Positions 18,823 to 26,589 of a DNA stretch of 64,000 nt are shown here, piece after piece; position 1 is the first letter of the stretch; every line of letters starts with the position of its first letter. Below the pieces are notes generated by a model. That model saw nothing but the letters and a program-made list of their open reading frames with translations. It was not told where the DNA came from and made no database searches. A program made the translations under genes and the position numbers. The DNA lies in the IMG/VR virus record IMGVR_UViG_3300031707_002920, positions 21,904 to 85,903 of that record; one strand, 5' to 3'. The stretch comes from a virus.

Positions 18823-19056
18823 TTGGAAACGAGAATTATTCGTAACGCCAGTTGTAAATGTAGCGATTGCATGGGACCGGAGCGGGGTATCTGCCCTCGT
18901 AAGGGTTTCCAAAATTCACGGAGCACTAAGGAGTCGCGGCCTACAGTCCGGCGAAACGCCCGTGCAACAGACAAAGTGCGCCATGTAGATGATGGCCGTG
19001 TCGTTCCAGTAGATGGGTATGGTCAGCACAGCCACCCCGATTTTTTTCACGATTGA
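18823..19056 (+). CDS. cassette ORF, hypothetical Cys-containing
   Basis: GGAGGTG RBS before TTG; ends inside attC loop. Confidence 0.55.
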   Translation: METRIIRNASCKCSDCMGPERGICPRKGFQNSRSTKESRPTVRRNARATDKVRHVDDGRVVPVDGYGQHSHPDFFHD

Positions 19057-19085
19057 TTACGGCGCACGTTTGTCAACCGTTGTTT
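18962..19085 (+). repeat. attC-like site
   Basis: AAC-A-GACAAA-GTGCGCC...GGCGCAC-G-TTTGTC-AACC-GTT. Confidence 0.85.
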
Positions 19086-19122
19086 GCAATTGTCAATTTC
19101 TCTTATATACTGAGGTGGCGCT

Positions 19123-19362
19123 ATGATGACAGAACGGTGCGGAAGGTGTGCGAATCTAAGTGGGTTATGTGCTATGGTCGGCTGTGGTGGCTTCGTCGAG
19201 AAAGCGCCACTGGAAGCTGTGGAAGAAATTGCCAACAGCACACAACAAACCAATGGCGCAGGGGCTGAAGCCACATTACCGCCCAGGTGCCTCATCACTG
19301 GTTGTTACGACGATGCAGAACCTACATCTGTGTTCTGTGCGTGGCATAATATAGGGCGGTAA
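19123..19362 (+). CDS. cassette ORF, Cys-rich hypothetical
   Basis: GAGG RBS; ORF track. Confidence 0.6.
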   Translation: MMTERCGRCANLSGLCAMVGCGGFVEKAPLEAVEEIANSTQQTNGAGAEATLPPRCLITGCYDDAEPTSVFCAWHNIGR

Positions 19363-19387
19363 CGTCGCCATTGGTCAAACGTTGTAA
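19240..19387 (+). repeat. attC-like site
   Basis: AAC-AA-ACCAATGGCG...CGCCATTGGT-CAAAC-GTT. Confidence 0.8.
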
Positions 19388-19477
19388 GAAATGCTGGCCG
19401 TTCTGAAATTATAGGGCGGCGGCAAAACCAAAACAAGGAGAAAACATGAAACGCATTATCGAGAAGTACGACCACCA
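19381..19477 (+). pseudogene. truncated copy of the cassette at 21274 (5' leader and first codons)
   Basis: Identical to 21274-21370, then fused to repeat copy 2. Confidence 0.9.
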
Positions 19478-19789
19478 ATGGTTTATCGACGCTTGTCAAT
19501 TTTAAGTAGAGCAGCTATATCAATCTACGCAAAGCAGGTTGATTATAAAAGTTATGAGAACTACAATTGAAGTAGCTCCTGATAAACGAAGAATTTGGCG
19601 ACAATGGTGTAAGAAATTTAAATTAAGTAGTGTAAAGTTATTTGATAAATTAATTGAGAAGATCGAGCAACGACAACAACAAGAGTTTTATAATTCATTG
19701 CCAAGACCTATAAAATATGTTAAGCCATTGGAAAATAAAAGAATTAGGAAATTTGTATACAAAAAATAGGTTCATATAATAACTAGTTG
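19476..19789 (+). repeat. 314-bp direct repeat copy 2 with attI-like site 2 (GTT at 19786)
   Basis: Identical to 18473-18786; followed by a different cassette (GTTGTCGG). Confidence 0.95.
19554..19769 (+). CDS. small basic protein (copy 2)
   Basis: Identical to 18551-18766. Confidence 0.6.
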   Translation: MRTTIEVAPDKRRIWRQWCKKFKLSSVKLFDKLIEKIEQRQQQEFYNSLPRPIKYVKPLENKRIRKFVYKK

Positions 19790-19828
19790 TCGGAAATTCC
19801 GCGCAGGTTTTATGATTGGAGGCGGCGC

Positions 19829-20059
19829 ATGAGAGATAGTGATTTCAAACGCAAATTGTTCTGGGAGTGCATCGACAATCTGGGATCGAAGGGGCGTAGC
19901 AGCGCCGCTAAACTGGCGGAACCTGCGCTCCACATCCCACAACAGGGCCAGCACAAAATTTGCCCTCAATGTGGTGGCAATCTTGTGGAGATGTATCAGG
20001 CTGATGTTTACATTTGCAATGATTGCGGTATCAAGGTTACGGGCAAACTTCGTGCGTAG
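19829..20059 (+). CDS. cassette ORF, Zn-ribbon hypothetical
   Basis: GGAGG RBS; CPQC..CNDC encoded in the attC loop. Confidence 0.65.
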   Translation: MRDSDFKRKLFWECIDNLGSKGRSSAAKLAEPALHIPQQGQHKICPQCGGNLVEMYQADVYICNDCGIKVTGKLRA

Positions 20060-20074
20060 CCCGAACCGTTGTAT
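19937..20074 (+). repeat. attC-like site
   Basis: AAC-A-GGGCCA-GCAC...GTGC-G-TAGCCC-GAACC-GTT. Confidence 0.8.
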
Positions 20075-20112
20075 GCAACCGGTCACGCGACCATATTGTA
20101 AAGGGGCGACAA

Positions 20113-20436
20113 ATGACAATCATCCAGGCGTTATCAAGCATTCGCGGTGAGTTGGAGGAAGCGGAGCGCAAGTTCCCCTCGTTTCCTACAGACCCGGTAC
20201 ACGCCGCCGCAATAGTGGTTGAGGAAGCTGGTGAGCTACAACAGGCAGCATTGCAGTTTACGTATGAAGGCGGCGGCTGGGCTGAGTTGCACAACGAGGC
20301 TGTGCAGGTTGGCGCGATGGCGCTCCGCTTTCTTTGTCACATAGATTCGATGAAGAGTCGTCCCTCCGAGCAGGTGGAGCGCGTGCCCGGCAGCATACAA
20401 CAGGGCCAGCACGAAACGGCGGCTGACAAGGGGTAG
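20113..20436 (+). CDS. cassette ORF, MazG-like nucleotide pyrophosphohydrolase
   Basis: HAAAIVVEEAGEL...EAVQVGAMALRFL. Confidence 0.7.
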   Translation: MTIIQALSSIRGELEEAERKFPSFPTDPVHAAAIVVEEAGELQQAALQFTYEGGGWAELHNEAVQVGAMALRFLCHIDSMKSRPSEQVERVPGSIQQGQHETAADKG

Positions 20437-20482
20437 GGGATTATAGGCCGCCGCATCGTGCGAGTGGCCCGGGACGTTGTAA
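20395..20482 (+). repeat. attC-like site
   Basis: AAC-A-GGGCCA-GCACGA...TCGTGC-GAG-TGGCCC-GGGAC-GTT. Confidence 0.85.
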
Positions 20483-20548
20483 GAAATTCGCCCCGCTTTG
20501 AGAATATTTAGGCGAGCGCGAAAACCAAAAACAAAAAAGGAGAAACAA

Positions 20549-20884
20549 ATGCAAGCAGGACCGGTATCGATATTTCAGTCCCCGAATATTGTAAGGGACC
20601 TTCGTGTCTTGCCCGAGTTTAAGACCGTTGCACAACAATTTCGAGATGATTTAGGGCACAAAATGGTGGAGCACAAAAAGAAAATCAAAACTGACGGTAA
20701 TAAACTGTGTGGATTTATTGTGTCTCCTGAGTACAAAGCTATGTTACTTACTTTTTGCCAGGACCTTGTTCAGCTACCTACTATTATGGGTGAGTTACCT
20801 ATGCTGTACGGGATGCCCATTGAAGATGGAGAGGTCTCAAATATCGCGTTCAAATTTGAAAAAGACGCGCTCGCAGGACACTAA
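20549..20884 (+). CDS. cassette ORF, hypothetical
   Basis: AAGGAG RBS. Confidence 0.7.
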   Translation: MQAGPVSIFQSPNIVRDLRVLPEFKTVAQQFRDDLGHKMVEHKKKIKTDGNKLCGFIVSPEYKAMLLTFCQDLVQLPTIMGELPMLYGMPIEDGEVSNIAFKFEKDALAGH

Positions 20885-20902
20885 GGAGGCGGGGCGAACA
20901 TC

Positions 20903-20995
20903 TTACAACACAGCAAGGGATGCCAGAAACGCAGGACATTAAGGATTGAATTTTATTATAGGCGTTTCCAGCACCCGTTGCTGAACGCGTTGGTT
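20903..20995 (+). repeat. attC-like site (86 bp identical to 21726-21811)
   Basis: AAC-A-CAGCAA-GGG...CCC-G-TTGCTG-AACGC-GTT. Confidence 0.85.
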
Positions 20996-21035
20996 GAAAT
21001 TCCAGTCGATTTATTTTATTGAAAGGTTGCGAATT

Positions 21036-21248
21036 ATGTTTGTTCCAATTTGGCTGCTTATCGTCTTATCGGGGTTTGGTTGCTGGGGCACACTTATATT
21101 CATCAATGCCATTCGCAACAGGAAATCTAAGGTGGTATCTCCTTCCGCATTCGCACAACAGGCAAAGTGTGCCATGCTTCCGTGTCTCGGCTATTTAGAA
21201 TCTGAGTGTGAAAATTGTAGCAACTACAATCTGTACCGTAAACCGTAG
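21036..21248 (+). CDS. cassette ORF, membrane-anchored Cys-rich hypothetical
   Basis: AAGG RBS; N-terminal TM helix. Confidence 0.6.
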   Translation: MFVPIWLLIVLSGFGCWGTLIFINAIRNRKSKVVSPSAFAQQAKCAMLPCLGYLESECENCSNYNLYRKP

Positions 21249-21280
21249 CGGCACGGCACACATTTGCCGAACCGTTGTAA
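21153..21280 (+). repeat. attC-like site
   Basis: AAC-A-GGCAAA-GTGTGCC...GGCACAC-A-TTTGCC-GAACC-GTT. Confidence 0.85.
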
Positions 21281-21338
21281 GAAATGCTGGCCGTTCTGAA
21301 ATTATAGGGCGGCGGCAAAACCAAAACAAGGAGAAAAC

Positions 21339-21689
21339 ATGAAACGCATTATCGAGAAGTACGACCACCAGTTTATCAAAGATGGTAAGCGCATTTTCTG
21401 TACCTATGTTACTGTGCCATTTTCAGAGTTGCCTGAAGACTGTGATTTTTCTGGATTGGATGTGTCTATTATCAACGTGCTGTATGATGACTGTCACATC
21501 GCTGTTACGGGGTTTGATAGCAATCAAAACGGTATCTCAGTAGAGATACCCCCTACGCTGAAATTTCTATTTTATAAGGCAAGGGAGCAAGGTCAAGCGG
21601 TGTGTGCTGAATTGCTGACGAAGCATAACTTTGAAACAAACTGCATCAAGTTCAAAAAGGATATAGGGTACAGTAACACGGTAGCATAA
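21339..21689 (+). CDS. cassette ORF, hypothetical
   Basis: AAGGAG RBS. Confidence 0.75.
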   Translation: MKRIIEKYDHQFIKDGKRIFCTYVTVPFSELPEDCDFSGLDVSIINVLYDDCHIAVTGFDSNQNGISVEIPPTLKFLFYKAREQGQAVCAELLTKHNFETNCIKFKKDIGYSNTVA

Positions 21690-21730
21690 GAGAGCCGCCG
21701 CCAAGACATTAGGGATACGGCCAGCACATC

Positions 21731-21821
21731 TTACAACACAGCAAGGGATGCCAGAAACGCAGGACATTAAGGATTGAATTTTATTATAGGCGTTTCCAGC
21801 ACCCGTTGCTGGGCGTTGGTG
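21731..21821 (+). repeat. attC-like site
   Basis: Same body as 20903-20995. Confidence 0.85.
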
Positions 21822-21847
21822 GAAATAAACTTTTCTTTGGAGGTTAT

Positions 21848-22114
21848 ATGTTTGCCGAATTTGACAAGGTGATTAGGTGCCTTGCGTTGGAGTTACCCGA
21901 GTCCGTACATGCCGATGTTGTGGCGAAGTACGGCAAACTGAAAGCTGAGGTGGAAAAGTTTACATCCACCAACAGCGCTATGGATGCAATAAACGCTTAC
22001 ATTAAGGAATATGATAGCAAGCTGATTACTACTCCCGATGAAAAATGTGCATTGGCGGTGTGTGAATTTACGGATAAGTATGCTAATATTTTTAGGCGTT
22101 TACTGCACCAGTAG
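21848..22114 (+). CDS. cassette ORF, hypothetical
   Basis: GGAGG RBS; C-terminal half encoded by attC. Confidence 0.7.
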   Translation: MFAEFDKVIRCLALELPESVHADVVAKYGKLKAEVEKFTSTNSAMDAINAYIKEYDSKLITTPDEKCALAVCEFTDKYANIFRRLLHQ

Positions 22115-22128
22115 CGCAGACGTTGGGT
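21967..22128 (+). repeat. attC-like site
   Basis: AAC-A-GCGCTA-TGG...CCA-G-TAGCGC-AGAC-GTT. Confidence 0.85.
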
Positions 22129-22165
22129 GCAATTCGCGCCCGACCATATGATAGGCGGTTTCGCT

Positions 22166-22453
22166 ATGAAGATATGTCGAAAGTGTAGTATCGTTTACGA
22201 GAATCGTACTTGCCCGCTGTGTAATCTGCGCAAGCACGATAATCTTGTCCACGACTTCATCGAGTCAAAGGGACGAAGTCTTGTTCGGGAGTTGGTAGCC
22301 TATTTGCAGCACCGCGAAACCGCAGCAGATAGCGGAGCGGGCGCGAACAGCACCCAACATTCGCAGCACAAAAGTTGCCCTACATTCAACCGAGATTGTC
22401 ATTTCTCTGTTGTCAAGATACAGTGTACGAATGCCGGAGATTGTCCATGTTAA
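22166..22453 (+). CDS. cassette ORF, Zn-ribbon hypothetical
   Basis: CRKC..CPLC. Confidence 0.65.
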   Translation: MKICRKCSIVYENRTCPLCNLRKHDNLVHDFIESKGRSLVRELVAYLQHRETAADSGAGANSTQHSQHKSCPTFNRDCHFSVVKIQCTNAGDCPC

Positions 22454-22489
22454 ACGGGCAACCTTCGTGCGGTGCGGTGAACGTTGGTG
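22352..22489 (+). repeat. attC-like site
   Basis: AAC...CGCA-GCAC..GTTGCCC / GGGCAAC..GTGC-G-GTGCG...GTT. Confidence 0.75.
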
Positions 22490-22533
22490 TAAATTTCGGT
22501 CGCTCTAAAACACGAATTATAGGAGGCGCAAAA

Positions 22534-22809
22534 ATGTCAGGAACGATTTATCATACGTGTTCGGTATGTGGAAGCGAAATGTATCCGAAGATTGGAGGGC
22601 GATCAAACGGCGACACCATAACAGAGTTTGTCATGGTGCCGTGTAAGATTTGCGCCTCTGAAAAAGAGGAATCCGCTCCCTCCGCATCCACCAACAGCGC
22701 TATGGTGTCATTGTGCTTAAAATGTAAATATACTTTTTCTTGTATAATGGCTGGTGAACACGTGCGAGAATCTTGTCCTACAAATGAGTTCGCACAACGG
22801 CACCAGTAG
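22534..22809 (+). CDS. cassette ORF, Zn-ribbon hypothetical
   Basis: AGGAGG RBS; CSVC..CKIC. Confidence 0.7.
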   Translation: MSGTIYHTCSVCGSEMYPKIGGRSNGDTITEFVMVPCKICASEKEESAPSASTNSAMVSLCLKCKYTFSCIMAGEHVRESCPTNEFAQRHQ

Positions 22810-22823
22810 CGCGGACGGTGGTG
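22689..22823 (+). repeat. attC-like site with mutated core (GGT)
   Basis: AAC-A-GCGCTA-TGG...CCA-G-TAGCGC-GGAC-GGT. Confidence 0.8.
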
Positions 22824-22850
22824 TAAATAAACCGCGCTTGGAGGTTATAG

Positions 22851-23087
22851 GTGGCCGCCGATGAAGTGCTTCGATTTATGATCCGATGGTTTGCGCGACA
22901 CGATACGCCGCCGACGGTTCGCCAGGTATGGAAAGCGGCCACGAAAGCAGCGGAGGCGCGGTTTACATCCACCAACAAAGCAAGTGCGCCATGCCCACAG
23001 TGTGTAGATTTTGGCGCTATTCCGCCGCTTGTCAACTATTGTAAAACCTGTGGCCGTAAGCTACATGAGCACGGCGCACGTTGCTGA
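22851..23087 (+). CDS. cassette ORF, hypothetical
   Basis: GGAGG RBS before GTG. Confidence 0.6.
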   Translation: MAADEVLRFMIRWFARHDTPPTVRQVWKAATKAAEARFTSTNKASAPCPQCVDFGAIPPLVNYCKTCGRKLHEHGARC

Positions 23088-23097
23088 ACCGTTGTAA
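22970..23097 (+). repeat. attC-like site
   Basis: AAC-A-AAGCAA-GTGCGCC...GGCGCAC-G-TTGCTG-AACC-GTT. Confidence 0.85.
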
Positions 23098-23147
23098 GAA
23101 ATGCTCACCATTTTTGAATTTATGGGTGGGCGCAAAAAGGAGACCTA

Positions 23148-23468
23148 ATGCAGAACGTTTACGATGTTTTAAAATACAGGTTGTCTTTTATCTATGTTGT
23201 GTTAGCCTACACCTATTTGGTGTTAGCCTACATTTTTTGTATCATCATTAGTCCTTTGGGATTATTTTTAATGCTTTTTGAAAAACCTAAAATATGTTGT
23301 GTATGTAATAAGCGTATTGGTAAAAAAGAAGCTTGGACAAGTTATATTCATAGACCTGCTCATTATTCGTGTGTAGAAAACAAATGGTCATACTGGTATC
23401 AATTTGGCCCTATGGATAATCCTGATTATTGGCGTTATTTAGGTAGGAGTGCGCCCACAGAACAATAA
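23148..23468 (+). CDS. cassette ORF, membrane protein with CxxC/HxxC
   Basis: AAGGAG RBS; long hydrophobic N-terminus. Confidence 0.7.
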   Translation: MQNVYDVLKYRLSFIYVVLAYTYLVLAYIFCIIISPLGLFLMLFEKPKICCVCNKRIGKKEAWTSYIHRPAHYSCVENKWSYWYQFGPMDNPDYWRYLGRSAPTEQ

Positions 23469-23486
23469 GGAAATGGTGAGCACATC

Positions 23487-23556
23487 TTACAACAAACAAA
23501 TGGTGCCGAAGACTAAATCGTGAGTACACGACTTCACCATTTGTTGGACGTTGTAC
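23487..23556 (+). repeat. attC-like site (short, 70 bp)
   Basis: AAC-A-AACAAATGGTG...CACCATTTGTT-GGAC-GTT. Confidence 0.85.
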
Positions 23557-23600
23557 GCAAGTTTGGCGGTTCTGAATTTGATAGGCCGCCGAGGAGAAAT

Positions 23601-23974
23601 ATGGCATACCTTCATTGTCACAAGTGCGGCTGGTCACAGGATGATTTTTGGTATTGGCGGTGGTCTGGCCTCAAACAGTTTTGGAGGTGGCGGCATATGC
23701 CATTTGGCTATAATCCCGTTTCTCTTATTCTCGAAGATTTTGCCGAATACTGGAAGCCGCGCATGATAGGAATGGACTGTGTTTGGGCGCGTGAAAATGG
23801 TTTTAAAAGTAGTAATATTTTTCTTGGCATATTATGCTTTGGTCAATGGGTCGTCATGCGCGGCGTGTATTTAGTCAACGGTGGTGGTTTGACGATCAGT
23901 TTAAACGGGATTATAAAAACAATAAGGCCAAATGTCCTTCGTGCAAGTCACCAGATGATTTTGATATAGACTAA
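23601..23974 (+). pseudogene. cassette ORF, Zn-ribbon protein with probable 1-nt frameshift near 23820
   Basis: MAYLHCHKCGWSQDDFW... continues in the shifted frame as FSWHIML...KCPSCKSPDDFDID*. Confidence 0.6.
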
Positions 23975-24011
23975 TCGGCGGCAGAAGAATATTGAAACCG
24001 CCAAACCAGAC

Positions 24012-24094
24012 GTACAACAGCCGCAGCTTGAAACGGCTTTACACTAATGATTATGTTTTTGTAGGCCGCATCAAGCGTGCGGCAAACGTTGTAG
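24012..24094 (+). repeat. attC-like site
   Basis: AAC-A-GCCGCA-GCTTGA...TCAAGC-G-TGCGGC-AAAC-GTT. Confidence 0.88.
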
Positions 24095-24143
24095 TCAATG
24101 CCGTGCCGAGTCTTTATTGTAGGTGCGGCCATAAGGAGCAAGT

Positions 24144-24371
24144 ATGTTTTCATGGATGCATCGTGGTAAAGTTGAACGACCTATGTCCGAATTTCATGCC
24201 GAGTATATGGCCACACAGAGAGCAAAAGAGGAGTCGGCACGTCACAGCCTACAACAGCTAAAGGCTGAAATTGCCGCTACTATGCTTCCAGCTATTGTGG
24301 CATTAAGTAAAGGTGATATGATTACAGTCGCTAAATGTATTGACGAACTGCGGCAACTATCAGCCGTTTAG
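24144..24371 (+). CDS. cassette ORF ending QQLKAEIA...LRQLSAV
   Basis: AAGGAG RBS; stop TAG within attC right arm. Confidence 0.65.
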   Translation: MFSWMHRGKVERPMSEFHAEYMATQRAKEESARHSLQQLKAEIAATMLPAIVALSKGDMITVAKCIDELRQLSAV

Positions 24372-24383
24372 CGAACGTTGGTT
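24249..24383 (+). repeat. attC-like site
   Basis: AAC-A-GCTAAA-GGCTGA...TCAGCC-G-TTTAGC-GAAC-GTT. Confidence 0.88.
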
Positions 24384-24420
24384 GAAATTCCAGTCATGCT
24401 TTTTATGTTTGGAGGCGAAC

Positions 24421-24639
24421 ATGCTGTACTTTATCATAGGATGTCTAATAATCGGGTTGTTTATCTCGTTTTCAATAGGTTGGTGGTGTGGCGAACGGCA
24501 TGTTCGCAGAAACACTATGGTAGGCATTCCTTCCACATCAACCAACAGCAAAAGTACGCCATGTAAATGCACCTCAGTGCCGTTGGTAATATCTGAGAAG
24601 TGTAGATGTCGTATCTGTGGTCGAGTGTGGGTTCAGTAA
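24421..24639 (+). CDS. cassette ORF, membrane-anchored Cys-rich hypothetical
   Basis: GGAGG RBS; TM helix. Confidence 0.65.
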   Translation: MLYFIIGCLIIGLFISFSIGWWCGERHVRRNTMVGIPSTSTNSKSTPCKCTSVPLVISEKCRCRICGRVWVQ

Positions 24640-24667
24640 CACGGCGTACATTTTGCGGACGTTGTAA
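24540..24667 (+). repeat. attC-like site
   Basis: AAC-A-GCAAAA-GTACGCC...GGCGTAC-A-TTTTGC-GGAC-GTT. Confidence 0.85.
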
Positions 24668-24725
24668 GAAATGCGGTTGGCTCTGAAAATTATAAGCCGC
24701 CGCTAAAATCAAAACAAGGTATCAC

Positions 24726-25121
24726 ATGAAATTATCATCCTGCTCTCAAAAATTATATGGTAAACCTTTTTCAGATCTCACAGACTCTGAAAAAATAACA
24801 GTTAGAAAAGAAACTGCAAAATTAACTGTAGAAGAAGAACTCGAAAAACAAACCAAACGCGAACAAGAGTGGCATGACAGAATCGAGGATCCTGGACAAT
24901 GGTTCTGCCCCCGATGCGGTCATAAACTAGAACCGGTAAGCAAGGACAATGAAGACTGGGGAGATTTTTGTAGCGGATACCATGAGGAGCACGGCACTTT
25001 CTGGTTTCTATGCTCTAACAAAGACTGCACTTACAGTGAGGCTCCTCTTGTCGTCCATCATCCTGTTTATGGATGGCAATGCAGATCAGGAGATAGTTGG
25101 GCTATTGGTTACGTCAAATAA
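24726..25121 (+). CDS. cassette ORF, Zn-ribbon hypothetical
   Basis: CPRC..CSNKDC. Confidence 0.75.
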   Translation: MKLSSCSQKLYGKPFSDLTDSEKITVRKETAKLTVEEELEKQTKREQEWHDRIEDPGQWFCPRCGHKLEPVSKDNEDWGDFCSGYHEEHGTFWFLCSNKDCTYSEAPLVVHHPVYGWQCRSGDSWAIGYVK

Positions 25122-25162
25122 AGGCAGCGGCGGCGGGAAAGTAAGGAAGCCAACCGCACATC

Positions 25163-25235
25163 TTACAACAAATGCATGGCGGGGAGTACCCGCAAATTTG
25201 GAGTACCAAACTTCGCCATGCATCGGACGTTGTAG
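25163..25235 (+). repeat. attC-like site (near-identical to 26485-26557)
   Basis: AAC-AA-ATGCATGGCG...CGCCATGCAT-CGGAC-GTT. Confidence 0.85.
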
Positions 25236-25266
25236 TCAATTGTCGAGCGCAAAGAAAGGAAATTAT

Positions 25267-25497
25267 ATGCCCGCCGAAGAATTGCTTCCGTGTCGTAAAT
25301 GTGGGGCTCCTGCTGCGCCGATAGCTCCACCGAAAGATGGCTGGTCGTGTTTAATACACTGTTCAAAGTTTTGCGGTTATCATGAGCATGAAGGAACGGT
25401 AGAGAAAACGGTTCTTGCGTGGAATCGGCGGGCGGACACTAAGGAGTGCGCTCGCCAACAGCCTACAACAACCGTATGCCAAAATGTCGACGAGTAA
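25267..25497 (+). CDS. cassette ORF, Lar-like (restriction alleviation) Zn-ribbon protein
   Basis: ELLPCRKCG..A...IHC..C....A WNRR pattern. Confidence 0.65.
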   Translation: MPAEELLPCRKCGAPAAPIAPPKDGWSCLIHCSKFCGYHEHEGTVEKTVLAWNRRADTKECARQQPTTTVCQNVDE

Positions 25498-25739
25498 CCG
25501 ACGTGACTATGAACGCTCAGATTTTCAGTTCCCTGAGAAAACACGGAAAAGATATGTTGGATGTCTCCTGCTTAGCTAAAGAATTAAAAAAGGGTCTTAT
25601 GGGGACGATGTGGGGTGCTCGCGTGTGGGTTCATAGAGATGCTACAGAAATTAGGTGTTACGGAGAAAATAGTGTTGAGTTTGAAAAGCAATTCCCTTTT
25701 CTCAAGGAGTCTAAAAGAGTTCTCAAAATTAAAGACTAA
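25476..25739 (+). CDS. hypothetical protein (possible capsid-protein-like fragment)
   Basis: ORF track; MNAQ..SLRK.G.D.LD...ELKKGLMGTMWGA. Confidence 0.5.
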   Translation: MPKCRRVTDVTMNAQIFSSLRKHGKDMLDVSCLAKELKKGLMGTMWGARVWVHRDATEIRCYGENSVEFEKQFPFLKESKRVLKIKD

Positions 25740-25770
25740 AAGCCACAAACGAAGAGAGAGGAGGGATGTG

Positions 25771-26160
25771 ATGAGCCGGTCGTACTTTACAACACAGAAA
25801 ATTTCACGTAAGATATTTCCTAATAAAGTGGGAGATAGCATCCTACTTAAAAATGGAGAAAAACTAACTATTGGATCAGATAGAAAGGATATATCTGGAT
25901 CATTCTATCTGACGGATGGGATAGCAAGTGTGTGGTTGTATTTCGATAAGGGCCTTCTCTCTATGTACGATATAAACAATACATTTGCATGGAATGGTAC
26001 TGGAGAGCCATTGCTGAAAAAAATCCGATCATACGTGCGCAAACCAAAAGCAAAAGAGGCACGTCCTGTGCCTAAGAGCCGCCACAAGGACACTATGGTA
26101 GCGCGAAAAATAGCAGCCAACAGCCACAGCCCAAAACAGTGGAAGTTGACTAAGGACTAA
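25771..26160 (+). CDS. cassette ORF, hypothetical
   Basis: GGAGG RBS. Confidence 0.65.
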   Translation: MSRSYFTTQKISRKIFPNKVGDSILLKNGEKLTIGSDRKDISGSFYLTDGIASVWLYFDKGLLSMYDINNTFAWNGTGEPLLKKIRSYVRKPKAKEARPVPKSRHKDTMVARKIAANSHSPKQWKLTKD

Positions 26161-26204
26161 TTTTATTATAGTCCGCTGCATCGGGCGTGCGGCGGACGTT
26201 GTAC
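26115..26204 (+). repeat. attC-like site
   Basis: AAC-A-GCCACA-GCCC...GGGC-G-TGCGGC-GGAC-GTT. Confidence 0.8.
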
Positions 26205-26257
26205 AAAATTTAACCGCGTCTTGGATTTATAGCCGGGGCGCAAAACAGGAGAAAAAC

Positions 26258-26479
26258 ATGAAAGACACAGAGTTGAGAATTATCAGCGACGGTACTGTTG
26301 CTGGCACACAGGTGGTGGATTCTAAAGGTAACAGGGTCAAATTAGTACAGAAAATAAAATGGGAGTTATCCCTATCGTCTGGTATATCTAAAGTTACATT
26401 GGAAATTGCCAAAACACCTATTGATGTCATCGCCAAAAAAGCAAGAGCGCCCCGGAGGAACATTAAGGAACGCGGTTAA
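26258..26479 (+). CDS. cassette ORF, hypothetical
   Basis: AGGAG RBS. Confidence 0.75.
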   Translation: MKDTELRIISDGTVAGTQVVDSKGNRVKLVQKIKWELSLSSGISKVTLEIAKTPIDVIAKKARAPRRNIKERG

Positions 26480-26484
26480 ACTTC

Positions 26485-26557
26485 GTACAACAAATGCATG
26501 GCGGGGAGTACCCCCAAATTTGGAGTACCAAACTTCGCCATGCATCAAACGTTGTGC
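26485..26557 (+). repeat. attC-like site
   Basis: Same body as 25163-25235 with one internal difference. Confidence 0.85.
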
Positions 26558-26589
26558 GAAATAACCGGCGAACCATATTGGAGGCGCGA

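Noticed and set aside
18473-21370. Diversity-generating retroelement TR/VR pair
   Set aside because: Copies are identical with no adenine-specific mismatches, and no reverse transcriptase is in the window.
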